NCBI GenBank assembly: GCA_009924095.1
Contig: RFSG01000002.1
Span: 180 to 64,179, forward strand
Direction: 5' to 3'
Source: Sphingobacteriia bacterium
GTDB lineage: Bacteria; Bacteroidota; Bacteroidia; J057; RFSG01
DNA: 64,000 nucleotides
Each line of letters starts with the position of its first letter. Position 1 is the first letter of the stretch. The notes under the pieces are model-generated. The model did no database searches and was not told the DNA's origin. It saw nothing but the letters and a program-made list of their open reading frames with translations. The position numbers and the translations under genes were made by a program. Shown here in pieces: positions 48,482-57,786 of the stretch.

Positions 48482-49675
48482 TTAGGCATATTCAATTTGA
48501 ACAGCAGCTTCAACGTGCTCTTCCATTTCAATTACTTTTTCACGATCGGTACCTGCCACAATAAAAAATCCCGGACGGTCACGACTATCTAGTACCGGAC
48601 GAATACTGTCGCCGGGTTTTAAATCCAAAGTATATTCTAATAATTGGGAAATTATATCCGGATTTACAATAATGTTTTTTACTATTCCGGGTTTAAGATT
48701 AAAAAACTTTAAGATCGCAAATTTATCTTTGTAATCTGTATAATTCACCGGTTGGGTATCTCCAATAATCTGATGAATTAATCCTTCAATAGGCATAAAA
48801 CCCGTAAGGTAAGGTAATATCTTTCCACTGATCGATCCTCCACCGCCTCTGGCTGCTATTTCCATCAAATAAGGTCTGCCTTTATGCACTTTATATTCCG
48901 CATGGGTAATTCCAAACGGTAACCCTAAGGCTTCTATTACCTTAGTATTAATATCAAATAATTGCTGCTCTAATTCTGGAGAAATATCCCCTAACCAGGT
49001 ATTTCTTTCATCAATACAATCATTACTTACATAATGGTATTTTTTAGTGAGGGCAAGATTGTAAACTTTATTATCTTGTTTATAAGCTTCAATAGAATAT
49101 TCATAACCAGAAATATATTTTTCTATTAATATTCCTCTGGATTTACTTTCATGAAAAGCACGGGCAATTAAACCATCAAAATGTTGATCTTCTAAACGAG
49201 CAACACCTTTACTTCCTTGTGAATTAATAGGCTTTACCAACCATTCTGAAGGGTGGGGTAGGGAATGGGTAAATTCTAAGGCCTCTTTGGAATCATTAAA
49301 AAAATGAAATTCGGGAATAGCTTCCTGAAAAGTATTTTTTAGCGAATCCCGCATTAAATATTTATTGGTAAACTTTAAAGCGGTTTCATACCCAATCCCG
49401 GGTAATTTTAAATTCTCTGCAATATAGGCAACGGTTGGAACAGCTACATCGGTTTGATCTGTAATAATAAAATCAATTTTATGTTTCTGCGCAGCCGCAA
49501 ACGTTTTTTCTTTATCCGTTGTATCTATTTGTTCGTAAAAATCCGCCAATGCTTTACAGGGAGGATTTTCATACATATCCGTTACCAATACCCGAAGACC
49601 TAATTCTTTGGCTTTTTTTACGAGCGGAATTTGGTTATATCCTCCGCCTACTACATGAATTAATCCGGATGCCAT
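48482..49675 (-). CDS. ATP-grasp carboxylate-amine ligase (L-amino-acid-ligase-like)
   Basis: 397 aa with an ATP-grasp layout: VKPINSQGSKGV, ILIEKYISGYEYSIE, HAEYK....PYLMEIAARGGG. Confidence 0.8.
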   Translation of the reverse strand: MASGLIHVVGGGYNQIPLVKKAKELGLRVLVTDMYENPPCKALADFYEQIDTTDKEKTFAAAQKHKIDFIITDQTDVAVPTVAYIAENLKLPGIGYETALKFTNKYLMRDSLKNTFQEAIPEFHFFNDSKEALEFTHSLPHPSEWLVKPINSQGSKGVARLEDQHFDGLIARAFHESKSRGILIEKYISGYEYSIEAYKQDNKVYNLALTKKYHYVSNDCIDERNTWLGDISPELEQQLFDINTKVIEALGLPFGITHAEYKVHKGRPYLMEIAARGGGGSISGKILPYLTGFMPIEGLIHQIIGDTQPVNYTDYKDKFAILKFFNLKPGIVKNIIVNPDIISQLLEYTLDLKPGDSIRPVLDSRDRPGFFIVAGTDREKVIEMEEHVEAAVQIEYA

Positions 49676-49736
49676 TTATTTATTGATGAGAGGGAAAGTT
49701 GTACAAAAAGGAAAATTATTTATTTTAAAAGCGTCA

Positions 49737-50426
49737 CTATTCTCCACGCAATGTATGTTGTTGCTTATAAGCGTTGAAGATCGTATCTGAAGTTTCAAAT
49801 GAATCATCTTTATTTAAAAATAAAGAAAATTCAAATGGGAAATAATCATTACGTAATACAAAATTACGGGTAAGCGATAAAGCTAAGGTAACCATTTCTT
49901 CCGGACGAGTATTAAAGATTAAGTCTTCATGATAATCTACCCGATCGGTAATAAAATTCGAAGCTAATCCTTTATTGCAATTTTCAAAAGCTTTACTGAT
50001 TACCTGACGAATAAAATCATAATTATTTCCATTCACCAATTTAAAATTAAATAGTCCGGAAATGATTACGTAATCATATTTACGTGTTAAGGTATCATTA
50101 ATAAAATCACCTAAGGTTAATTCAAAATTGGGATGATGTCCATATTTTTCTTTTCCAGTATCGGCAAGGGCAGGTACTAATTCAAACCCATGATAATAAC
50201 CGATTTTATCTGGGCCAATAAATTGAAAGAAATCCCCAAAGCCAGCACCAATATCTAACACACTTGCGCCTTTAAAATCCCATAAGGAAGCTAACACTTC
50301 GAAGCGAATTTCTTGTCGCCCTTTTTCTCCCCAGCCTAAAGCTTTTTGAGAATATCCAAAGTCATTAAATCGTTGCGTATATCTAGCAACTACTTTTTCT
50401 TTATCGGCATCTGAAAAGGTACTCAT
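49737..50426 (-). CDS. Class I SAM-dependent methyltransferase
   Basis: 229 aa with motif I VLDIGAGFGDF. Confidence 0.75.
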   Translation of the reverse strand: MSTFSDADKEKVVARYTQRFNDFGYSQKALGWGEKGRQEIRFEVLASLWDFKGASVLDIGAGFGDFFQFIGPDKIGYYHGFELVPALADTGKEKYGHHPNFELTLGDFINDTLTRKYDYVIISGLFNFKLVNGNNYDFIRQVISKAFENCNKGLASNFITDRVDYHEDLIFNTRPEEMVTLALSLTRNFVLRNDYFPFEFSLFLNKDDSFETSDTIFNAYKQQHTLRGE

Positions 50427-51568
50427 CCTTGTATCCAGTTTAAAAAGGTTTGATAACTATATTGATCCACTGCAAAACTAATCCGATACCAAGTTGCAAA
50501 GCTTTCTCCATAGGCAATACCTGGTACTACGGCAATTTTATTTTCTTCTAATAATCGTAAGGCAAAAGGAAGGGAAGGTTCATTCGCATTTATAAAAAAA
50601 TAAAATGCACCCTCCGGACGAATAAAAGTAATTCCTTTTTTATCTAAAATATCGGAAAGTTCATGATATCTCTGCTGATATTCCGCCACCATTTCCGTAT
50701 AAATATTTTCATGTATTGCCCGATCTCTTAATCCTACCATAGCGGCATATTGACTAAATGTGCTTACATGGGTAATTGAATTGGTGGACAGGGTAAGCAT
50801 GGTATTTAAAAAATCGGAGGGAAGAATGGCATACCCAATTCTCCATCCCGTCATGGCATAGGTTTTAGAAAAACTATTTACATACAATATTAAATCTGAA
50901 TATTGTTTTGCAGCAGGCGTGGATAGACCTTTTGTAAATCCTGGAACAAAAGATATTTGATCATACACCTCATCTAATAAAACATAAATTCCTCTTTCTC
51001 CTGCAATGGAAATTAATTCTTGTAATTCTTTAGCTGAATAAATAACGCCTGAAGGATTTCCAGGATTATTGAGAATTAATAATCGGGTATTGGGGTGAAT
51101 ATGAGATAATAGTTGTTCAGCCGTTAATCTCCCTTGGGATTCTAAAGTAGAAATTCTAGTTACCGAAGCACCTGCAAGAATAGCCATATTGGCATATTGC
51201 GGCCAAGCTGGATCTACAATAATTACTTCTTCGCCCTCTTTAATTAAAGTTTGAAGAATAGAATAAATGGCATGAGAGGCGCCTTGGGTAATAATAAAAT
51301 TTTCAGGGCTAAAAGATAAATTCCATTTATACTGATACCATTGCGATAATGCTTTTCTTAATTCAGGTATTCCTTGAGAAGTGCTATAAGAAGTTAGATT
51401 TTTTGCCAATCCTTCGCTAGCAGCTGCTTTAATATATTCAGGAGTTGGGAACATAGGCTCTCCAGATTGTAAAGCAGCAACAGTAATTCCCGAAGCTTTT
51501 AAGGCTCTTACCCGATCCGCAATCGCAATGGCTGCAGGGGGTTCAATATGCGCTAATCTTGGATTCAT
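50423..51568 (-). CDS. PLP-dependent aminotransferase, class I/II (AspC-like, not DegT-like)
   Basis: SFSKTYAMTGWRIGY (PLP lysine motif) and NPGNPSG. ATG 51568 gives an ATGA overlap with the upstream gene; the track start is 51580. Confidence 0.85.
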   Translation of the reverse strand: MNPRLAHIEPPAAIAIADRVRALKASGITVAALQSGEPMFPTPEYIKAAASEGLAKNLTSYSTSQGIPELRKALSQWYQYKWNLSFSPENFIITQGASHAIYSILQTLIKEGEEVIIVDPAWPQYANMAILAGASVTRISTLESQGRLTAEQLLSHIHPNTRLLILNNPGNPSGVIYSAKELQELISIAGERGIYVLLDEVYDQISFVPGFTKGLSTPAAKQYSDLILYVNSFSKTYAMTGWRIGYAILPSDFLNTMLTLSTNSITHVSTFSQYAAMVGLRDRAIHENIYTEMVAEYQQRYHELSDILDKKGITFIRPEGAFYFFINANEPSLPFALRLLEENKIAVVPGIAYGESFATWYRISFAVDQYSYQTFLNWIQG

Positions 51569-52476
51569 TTTCCCTCCCAAATGGCTAAGCCTAATCCTGT
51601 TTTTCCAAAATTATTTCCATTATATACCATGTATCTTCTTCCGCCATGATCAAACACATAATTATATTCTATCATTTCACTATCCCAGCCTTCAGCAGAA
51701 ACATCAATGCCTACTTCATGATCTTTACGCTCGTAAATATTTCCATCTTTCGATTCTGCATATCCAATTCTATAACTAGTCCCTCTATGCGAATACCATA
51801 ATTTATAAATACCCCTTTCTTGAATTAACATCGGCTTACCAATGATATGCTCGTCATCCCCTTCATAATTAATGACAACACTTTTATCCCGATGCCATTC
51901 AATCCCATCTTTCGACCAAGCAAATTTTAAATTATACCAAGGTTTATTTTTTCCAGCCGCATGTTCCCATTTGTCAAATGCAGTGTAATACATTTTCCAA
52001 ATTTCATCTTCAATAAATACGCAACAAGAGCCGGAACCAAAAGGTTCTGCCTTACTACGATCGAGAATTGGCACCTGACTTACTCGATGAAAGGTTTTTC
52101 CTCCATCTTCACTAATGGCTAATCCAGTGAAATTTTGAAATCTATTTAATCCCCCATTTACCCATCCCACATAATACATATAAATTTTATTTTCATGATA
52201 TACTAACCAAGGATAGGATACTCCACTTTCATCAAAGGTTCCTAATTCCCCAACATCATAAATAGGGTCAGCAGCAATATGGGTGATTTTCGCTGTTTCT
52301 CCAGATAAATGTAAATCTGCAATACCAATACGGGATACGTTATTTAAATCTCTACCCGTAATATAAATCTGTAAGGTGCCCTCTGATTGCGTAACAAAGC
52401 TAGGTCCTACATGACTTGCCAGCCAATATATATCCGATTGCGGGGGGACAATAACGCCCAATTTTTTCCAAGTCAT
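51565..52476 (-). CDS. Beta-propeller protein, GH43/32/DUF377-like fold (function unknown)
   Basis: 303 aa with repeated W.KYY / G....RIG.A.S.DG blades reminiscent of five-bladed propeller glycosidase or glycosylase families. No confident catalytic assignment. Confidence 0.45.
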   Translation of the reverse strand: MTWKKLGVIVPPQSDIYWLASHVGPSFVTQSEGTLQIYITGRDLNNVSRIGIADLHLSGETAKITHIAADPIYDVGELGTFDESGVSYPWLVYHENKIYMYYVGWVNGGLNRFQNFTGLAISEDGGKTFHRVSQVPILDRSKAEPFGSGSCCVFIEDEIWKMYYTAFDKWEHAAGKNKPWYNLKFAWSKDGIEWHRDKSVVINYEGDDEHIIGKPMLIQERGIYKLWYSHRGTSYRIGYAESKDGNIYERKDHEVGIDVSAEGWDSEMIEYNYVFDHGGRRYMVYNGNNFGKTGLGLAIWEGK

Positions 52477-52504
52477 AATTAATTAATAAATATTAAAATT
52501 AAGA

Positions 52505-53119
52505 TTAAGATTCCTCTCCATGTCTTCTGAATAACAGTTTTGCTTTTTCAGGACCAATTACACTGTGACTCGGAAATTCACTATCAATTACTGAATTTGC
52601 GCCCACCACACAGTTTTGTCCTAATTGGGTTCCGGCTAAAACCGCAGCACCCGCACCAATCCAAGAACCTTTTCCAATACGAACCGGTTTTCCGGGTTTA
52701 TTGGGTTGTTGAATGATGGGAATTTCAGGATGCGAAAAAGTATGATTATTATCTCCCACAAATATCCTTTCCGATAATAATACATTGTTTTCCAAAATTA
52801 CTGATCGGGTAGAAGACAGTAATAAATATCTCCCAATTTGTACTTCATTTCCGATAATAATTTCAGAGTCATATAAATAATCTTCTGGTTTCACATCCCC
52901 TCTCCACCGGGGATCTATATACTGAATTAATTCCGTTAAATCCTGATACGCATGAATAAAGGCACCTTCCCGAATACTGGTTTTATCTCCAATCGAAATA
53001 CGATGTGGATTTAATATCCGAAATGGTGGACGTATTTTTGCCCCTTCCCCAAAATAGGCAAATAATTTCTTTTCTTCCGTGGTTAAAGGAGTGTCTTTTT
53101 CAATTAGAATATTATTCAT
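52505..53119 (-). CDS. Left-handed beta-helix (hexapeptide-repeat) acetyltransferase
   Basis: 204 aa with hexapeptide repeats (IGKGSWIGAGAAVLAGTQLGQNCVVGANSVI). Confidence 0.8.
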   Translation of the reverse strand: MNNILIEKDTPLTTEEKKLFAYFGEGAKIRPPFRILNPHRISIGDKTSIREGAFIHAYQDLTELIQYIDPRWRGDVKPEDYLYDSEIIIGNEVQIGRYLLLSSTRSVILENNVLLSERIFVGDNNHTFSHPEIPIIQQPNKPGKPVRIGKGSWIGAGAAVLAGTQLGQNCVVGANSVIDSEFPSHSVIGPEKAKLLFRRHGEES

Positions 53120-54083
53120 GCGAAGGTTTTTGCAAGTTTACTTTTTCCTTAATTAAATATAAAGGACGTCGTTTGGTTTCTAAATATATTTTCTCCAAAT
53201 AAATTCCAATAATTCCCAATACCGATAAAATTAATCCGGTGGAAAAGGCAACTAAAATTGCCAAACTTGTCCAGCCGGGTAGGGAAGTGCCGGTAATTAA
53301 TTTTAACAATAGAATATAAATTCCAAAGCCAAAAGAGAAAAAGGAAAATAAAAATCCAATATATAAAGAGAATTTTAATAATAAGGAAGAATGTGCAATT
53401 ATTCCAATGAGCGCTAGATTTAATCGTTTAGAAAAAGTATAGGAACTTTTACCAAATTCTCTTTCTACATGTTCAATGGGAATACCCACAATTTTAAATC
53501 CTACATGTCGAAGTAATGAAGAAATATGCCGCGCTTGTTCTCTAAATTGACAAACACTTTCTCTCACTTCAGCAGAGATAATATAAAAACTTAAATTTTC
53601 GGTTTTAAATTTATTTTGGGCTAAGCGATCATATAAATTAAAATATACTTTTCGCATTTGCTGATATAACCAAGATTTATCTCCCCGAAATTCTGCTACG
53701 GCATACACAATGTCATATCCTTCCATTGCTTTGGCATATAATTTCGTTATTTCTTCAGGTGGATCTTGTAAATCACAATCCATTACCACTGTCCATTTTC
53801 CACGGGCAAAATCAAGGCCCGCAGAAATGGCAAAATGTTGGCCGAAGTTTCGAGAAAAATGTATGCCTTTAATCTTAGGATTTTCTTTGCCTAACTGTTT
53901 TACTACATTCCAGGAATCATCCGGACTAAAATCATTTACCAGAATAATTTCATATTCAGTGGTAATAGGATTTAGGGTTTGGATTAAACGACTCGTTAAG
54001 GCGATGAGGCATTCCGCACAACCATAAACGGGTACAACAACTGATATTTCTGGAGATGCCAATTGGCTAAGGTTTTCAGCCAT
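53112..54083 (-). CDS. GT2 polyprenyl-phosphate glycosyltransferase (GtrB/ArnC/CsbB-like)
   Basis: 323 aa with ISVVVPVYG, VNDFSPDDS, DCDLQDPPE (DxD region) and two C-terminal TM helices. This architecture is typical of the Und-P sugar transferases in three-component glycosylation systems. Confidence 0.82.
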   Translation of the reverse strand: MAENLSQLASPEISVVVPVYGCAECLIALTSRLIQTLNPITTEYEIILVNDFSPDDSWNVVKQLGKENPKIKGIHFSRNFGQHFAISAGLDFARGKWTVVMDCDLQDPPEEITKLYAKAMEGYDIVYAVAEFRGDKSWLYQQMRKVYFNLYDRLAQNKFKTENLSFYIISAEVRESVCQFREQARHISSLLRHVGFKIVGIPIEHVEREFGKSSYTFSKRLNLALIGIIAHSSLLLKFSLYIGFLFSFFSFGFGIYILLLKLITGTSLPGWTSLAILVAFSTGLILSVLGIIGIYLEKIYLETKRRPLYLIKEKVNLQKPSHE

Positions 54084-54876
54084 TCCCTAAATCAAGTGCG
54101 TTGGCAATGGCATTATTGGTGCTAAGTTTATTGATGGCAAACAACATCATCCATCTACCTTCAAACGACAACCAATCTTCTTTTTTATGCTCGTCAATGA
54201 TTTCAACTCCATGCGGAATGCGGGCATTAAAATATACCACATCTCCAGGGTCGGCTTCTGCATCTAAATAGATCTTTTCTCCATTGGCAGTTTCGGCATA
54301 TACACCACCCGTTTCAAAGTCAACGCCTTTTTTCGACATGATCATAATAGGAACACATAACTGATGATGATCCACCGGATCAATATGTTTATTTAATCCC
54401 CCTACACTTTTAGGATAAAATTGGAAGGCAATTCTGGATACACAATCTTCTTCAGGGGTTTGGCCTAAAAATTTATCTTTTGGATTATGGCTTAATACAT
54501 TTTTGATTTGATAGGTCTCACGCGCTACCTCAAAAAAGTTGAACATATCCTGATTCCAGGGGAAAAATACAAATTGATGAAAGCAGGCTTTTACGTAGGA
54601 ACGAGGGTCCCAACGGTTCATTCTGTGGAAGTTAGGGCATCCCATCTCAATCGGTTTATAATTCGGTAAAGAAGAATTTCCGATACGGGTTAAGTACGTT
54701 TTTACTTGTTGTACCCATTCCGGGCTACAAACCTGTTTTGCTATAAACACTTCCCCCTGAATAATTTTTTCCCGAATTTCTTCAGCATATTCAGGGTTAG
54801 TCAAAATTTGAGAAGGATTCTCCAACGTTTTGAGGCGGGTGGCGAAAATGTTTTCCGTAATTGCCTGATTTTCCAT
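54076..54876 (-). CDS. Hypothetical protein with HxD...H motif (possible Fe(II)/2OG dioxygenase fold)
   Basis: 266 aa. NKHIDPVD and, about 55 residues later, RIPHGVE could form a 2-His-1-carboxylate facial triad. The assignment is tentative. Confidence 0.4.
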   Translation of the reverse strand: MENQAITENIFATRLKTLENPSQILTNPEYAEEIREKIIQGEVFIAKQVCSPEWVQQVKTYLTRIGNSSLPNYKPIEMGCPNFHRMNRWDPRSYVKACFHQFVFFPWNQDMFNFFEVARETYQIKNVLSHNPKDKFLGQTPEEDCVSRIAFQFYPKSVGGLNKHIDPVDHHQLCVPIMIMSKKGVDFETGGVYAETANGEKIYLDAEADPGDVVYFNARIPHGVEIIDEHKKEDWLSFEGRWMMLFAINKLSTNNAIANALDLGNG

Positions 54877-54933
54877 AGTAATTTTGATTTAGCGTTTATG
54901 GAGTGAGGATAGGGGGAAGCCTACTCTGTATTG

Positions 54934-54941
54934 CAAACTTA
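54934..54941 (-). promoter_or_regulatory. Putative -7 box (TAAGTTTG on minus strand) for the nine-gene operon
   Basis: The reverse complement of CAAACTTA fits TAnnTTTG, 57 nt upstream of ATG 54876. Confidence 0.3.
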
Positions 54942-55036
54942 CTATTTTTCGGGTAGTTAAAGAGTAGAAATTTCGATTAGGTTTTTTAGGTTGAGATTGT
55001 ATCCACTTTTTCAGAAATAGACACCTTTGAAATAAT

Positions 55037-55044
55037 TAACTTTG
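55037..55044 (+). promoter_or_regulatory. Putative -7 box TAACTTTG, 4 nt upstream of ATG 55049
   Basis: Exact TAnnTTTG match. The spacing implies a leaderless mRNA. Confidence 0.4.
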
Positions 55045-55048
55045 ACCA

Positions 55049-56305
55049 ATGGAAGAAGTCTTATTAATTCAAGAAAAAGTAAAAAACACCATAATACTTG
55101 GAGAGAGCCATTTTCGAGAGTTCAAGACAGCTTTGGAGGGTAAGCCTGACAGCAAAAAGTTAAGGTTAACCAGGAAGATTTGTGAAGATATCGGAGAAGC
55201 ATTAGTTTCTTTTGCGAATGCAGATGGTGGAGAAATTATTATTGGTGTGGAAGACGATGGTATAATAACTGGAATTCCTCATAAAGAAGAGGATATAAAA
55301 GCGATGCTTGCAGCGCCCAAAACACATATTTATCAAGGACAAGAATTACCGTTAACGGCTTCCACAAAACTAACCTTAAATGGGTTGACCGTTTTATACT
55401 TTTCAGTAAACAAAGGAACAACACAAATATATCAATTACCTGACGGTAGGTGTGTTAGAAGAAAAGACAAATCAACTTTGCCAGCCTCTGTTGACGAAAT
55501 ACAATTTGAGAAGCAAGAAATTAAATCCAGAGAATTTGATAGCCATTTTGTGGATGGTGCTTCCGTAACAGATTTGGATTTAACCCTCTTGCAAAGTATA
55601 GCAGATGCCTATATCAAAGGATTGAGTATTGAATTATACTTACAGCAAATTGGATTAGCTGTGTATGGAACAAATGGGTTGCGATTAAAACGAGCAGCAT
55701 TATTGTTGTTTGCAAAATCCAATGAGATTAATAGATGGCATTCACGATGTCAAATTCGCATTATAAAAGTTATCGGAGACAAATTAGAATCCGGTGAAAA
55801 ATATAATGTAGCAAGCGATGAAAGTATTCAAGGAAATATATTTGATTTGTGGTTAAAATCGTGGGAAAATCTTAGACCTTACTTGGCGTACAAAACAGAA
55901 TTTGGGGGAAATGCAAAATTCGAACAGAAATTTACTTATCCCGAAGATGCTTGTAAAGAAGCAATTCTAAACGCGATTGCACATAGAGATTATTCTATTC
56001 AAAATGGTATCGAGATTTATATTTTCAATAACAGATTGGAGATCAAAAGTCCAGGTGCTTTGCTTTCAACCTTAACAATCAATAATCTTTACCAACTGGA
56101 AGGGGCTCATGAATCCAGAAACCCACTGATTGCAAGAGTATTAAAAGAAAATAAACTCATGCGAGAGCTAGGAGAGGGGATGAAAAGAATTTTTGACTTA
56201 ATGCAAGAGCGTGAACTTGATAAACCAATTCTTTATTCCAATGGACTTTGGTTTAGCGTTACCCTAAATAATAAGCAAGTCAAATCATACAATGTTTTTA
56301 TCTAA
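55049..56305 (+). CDS. AlbA_2 (Schlafen-like) plus HATPase_c_4-type ATP-binding / nucleic-acid-binding protein
   Basis: 418 aa. N-terminal ESHFREFK.....EDIGEALVSFANADGGEIIIGVEDDG is typical of the AlbA_2 domain. C-terminal EAILNAIAHRDYS...RLEIKSPG is typical of the RecG-C-like HATPase_c_4 region. Confidence 0.75.
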   Translation: MEEVLLIQEKVKNTIILGESHFREFKTALEGKPDSKKLRLTRKICEDIGEALVSFANADGGEIIIGVEDDGIITGIPHKEEDIKAMLAAPKTHIYQGQELPLTASTKLTLNGLTVLYFSVNKGTTQIYQLPDGRCVRRKDKSTLPASVDEIQFEKQEIKSREFDSHFVDGASVTDLDLTLLQSIADAYIKGLSIELYLQQIGLAVYGTNGLRLKRAALLLFAKSNEINRWHSRCQIRIIKVIGDKLESGEKYNVASDESIQGNIFDLWLKSWENLRPYLAYKTEFGGNAKFEQKFTYPEDACKEAILNAIAHRDYSIQNGIEIYIFNNRLEIKSPGALLSTLTINNLYQLEGAHESRNPLIARVLKENKLMRELGEGMKRIFDLMQERELDKPILYSNGLWFSVTLNNKQVKSYNVFI

Positions 56306-56342
56306 ATATCTATCATAAATATTTTTACTAGAAAATATTTAA

Positions 56343-56694
56343 CTATTCAAAATTATCCTCTATTCTTTTTTTATCTTTCTTCTCTTTGTCGCTCTTATGA
56401 TACAATTCAATAAATATAATTTTTTGTTGATCAGGAAAGTGAGCATAAATTAATCTTAATTCTGAATTTACTCCTTTACCTTTTAATGCCTTACTAACAA
56501 TTTTCTTAACTTTAGTAATACAAGATTTTATGCCTAAATTTTTAATTCTAAAACTAAAGGGAGGACTATCTCCTGGCTCATCACTCAGATCTAATTTTAC
56601 CACTTCTAAATCATCTTTGAACGTTCGATATTTTTTAAAAGATTTTTAAATCCTTTTTAAATTCCGATAATTCATCAAATTCAATATTATTCAT
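56343..56694 (-). pseudogene. RelE/ParE-superfamily-like toxin, interrupted by a 1-nt frameshift
   Basis: ATG 56694 opens MNNIEFDELSEFKKDLKIF*, with its stop at 56637..56635. The +1 frame, open from 56645, continues KSFKKYRTFKDDLEVVKLDL...GKGVNSELRLIYAHFPDQQKIIFIELYHKSDKE.... Removing one A from the A5 run (56647..56643) gives one 116-aa ORF. The track shows only GTG 56603 onward. Confidence 0.6.
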
Positions 56695-57496
56695 CCTCTT
56701 CATAAACTCTTATAGAGTAAGGCGGCCTTCTATAAAAAGCCAATTCATAGTTGATTTCTTCTCCATCTTTTGTTGCTTTCCAAGGCTTATCTCCATGTGA
56801 ATAGTTGCTGAGCATAGCTGCACTCCAATCACTCATTTGTTCAATAACCCTATCCAACACGTCTTTTTTACTTGCCTTTGGTTCTGTTAAATCTGCTTTC
56901 ACCAAAGGCAAATAACGAGTTTGAGTAAATCCATGATATTCGGTTTTTACTCTTTGTAACTGACCTTTATCAATCATTTGATTAATTATAGTATCTAATT
57001 GTTGCGGAACTGGACCATACGGTATTTTGCGATATTGGGCGCCAGTTAAATGCTCCTCATATAATTCATAATAATTAAAGTAAGCGAAATAAAGCAACTT
57101 ATATAGGACTGTATCTCCAACATTGGGTTTACCTGCACAATGTTCAAGAATATACAACAATACATTTATAAACTTCTTTACTTGTAACTTCGGAACTGAA
57201 ATCCGTTCTTCTACTTTATTTGAACTTTTTTCATCATTTAAATTATCCTCCTGAATTTTCTGATAATTATCTAAAGAAAAATCTTTAGGCATAAAAGCAT
57301 CCAACGAAAACTCTAAAATCAATGAATGTTTTTGCAATTCTAGAATATTAACACTTCTGTTTCCTAACTCAATATGAGCCAATGACGGTCGGGAAATTTT
57401 GACACTTTTAGCCAAATTTTCCTGAGATAATCCTTTCATTTTACGAAGTTCAGTAATTCTCTGCCCTATTTGCTTTTGGGACAATTTAAGGTTCAT
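56687..57496 (-). CDS. HTH(XRE)-Panacea (DUF4065, SocA/PanA-like) antitoxin
   Basis: 269 aa. N-terminal IGQRITELRKMKGLSQENLAKSVKISRPSLAHIELG is an XRE HTH. C-terminal LYKLLYFAYF....LTGAQYRKIPYGPV is a DUF4065/Panacea signature. Confidence 0.8.
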   Translation of the reverse strand: MNLKLSQKQIGQRITELRKMKGLSQENLAKSVKISRPSLAHIELGNRSVNILELQKHSLILEFSLDAFMPKDFSLDNYQKIQEDNLNDEKSSNKVEERISVPKLQVKKFINVLLYILEHCAGKPNVGDTVLYKLLYFAYFNYYELYEEHLTGAQYRKIPYGPVPQQLDTIINQMIDKGQLQRVKTEYHGFTQTRYLPLVKADLTEPKASKKDVLDRVIEQMSDWSAAMLSNYSHGDKPWKATKDGEEINYELAFYRRPPYSIRVYEEDE

Positions 57497-57754
57497 ATAA
57501 TTTTTTTGTCTCGCAGTCTAAAGGAATAAAGATTGTGATTGTTCTAAAATCAAACAATAGTATGTTTCAATGGGTAGGCAGGGATTAATAGTAAGCAGGA
57601 AATTGTTCAGCTATTGAAGCCATCCACGCCCATACCCTATAATCGTTGAAGAAATAACAGGTAATCCCATTTTATCCTGCAGGATCAGACGCTTGTAGGG
57701 TCGAAAATTATTCGGTAATGGGTTATTATTTAAAATTTACAGGGGAAATCGCAA

Positions 57755-57778
57755 AACTTCCTGCGCTATCGGGAAGTT
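57755..57778 (-). terminator. Possible terminator hairpin downstream of tRNA-Arg
   Basis: Minus strand reads AACTTCCCGATAGCGCAGGAAGTT followed by TTGCGATTT. The U-tract is weak. Confidence 0.3.
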
Positions 57779-57786
57779 AAAAAAAG

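Noticed and set aside
57682-57712. Possible partial tRNA copy or att site near tRNA-Arg (GGATCAGACGCTTGTAGGGTCGAAAATT against the tRNA segment GGATCAGGAGGTTTGGGGTTCGAATCC)
   Set aside because: The similarity is patchy: 7 nt exact, then gapped matches. The segment lies in inverted rather than direct orientation relative to the tRNA gene. No integrase is present, and no matching second copy lies at the other islet border (around 54.9-55.0 kb). That is too weak to call an attachment site.
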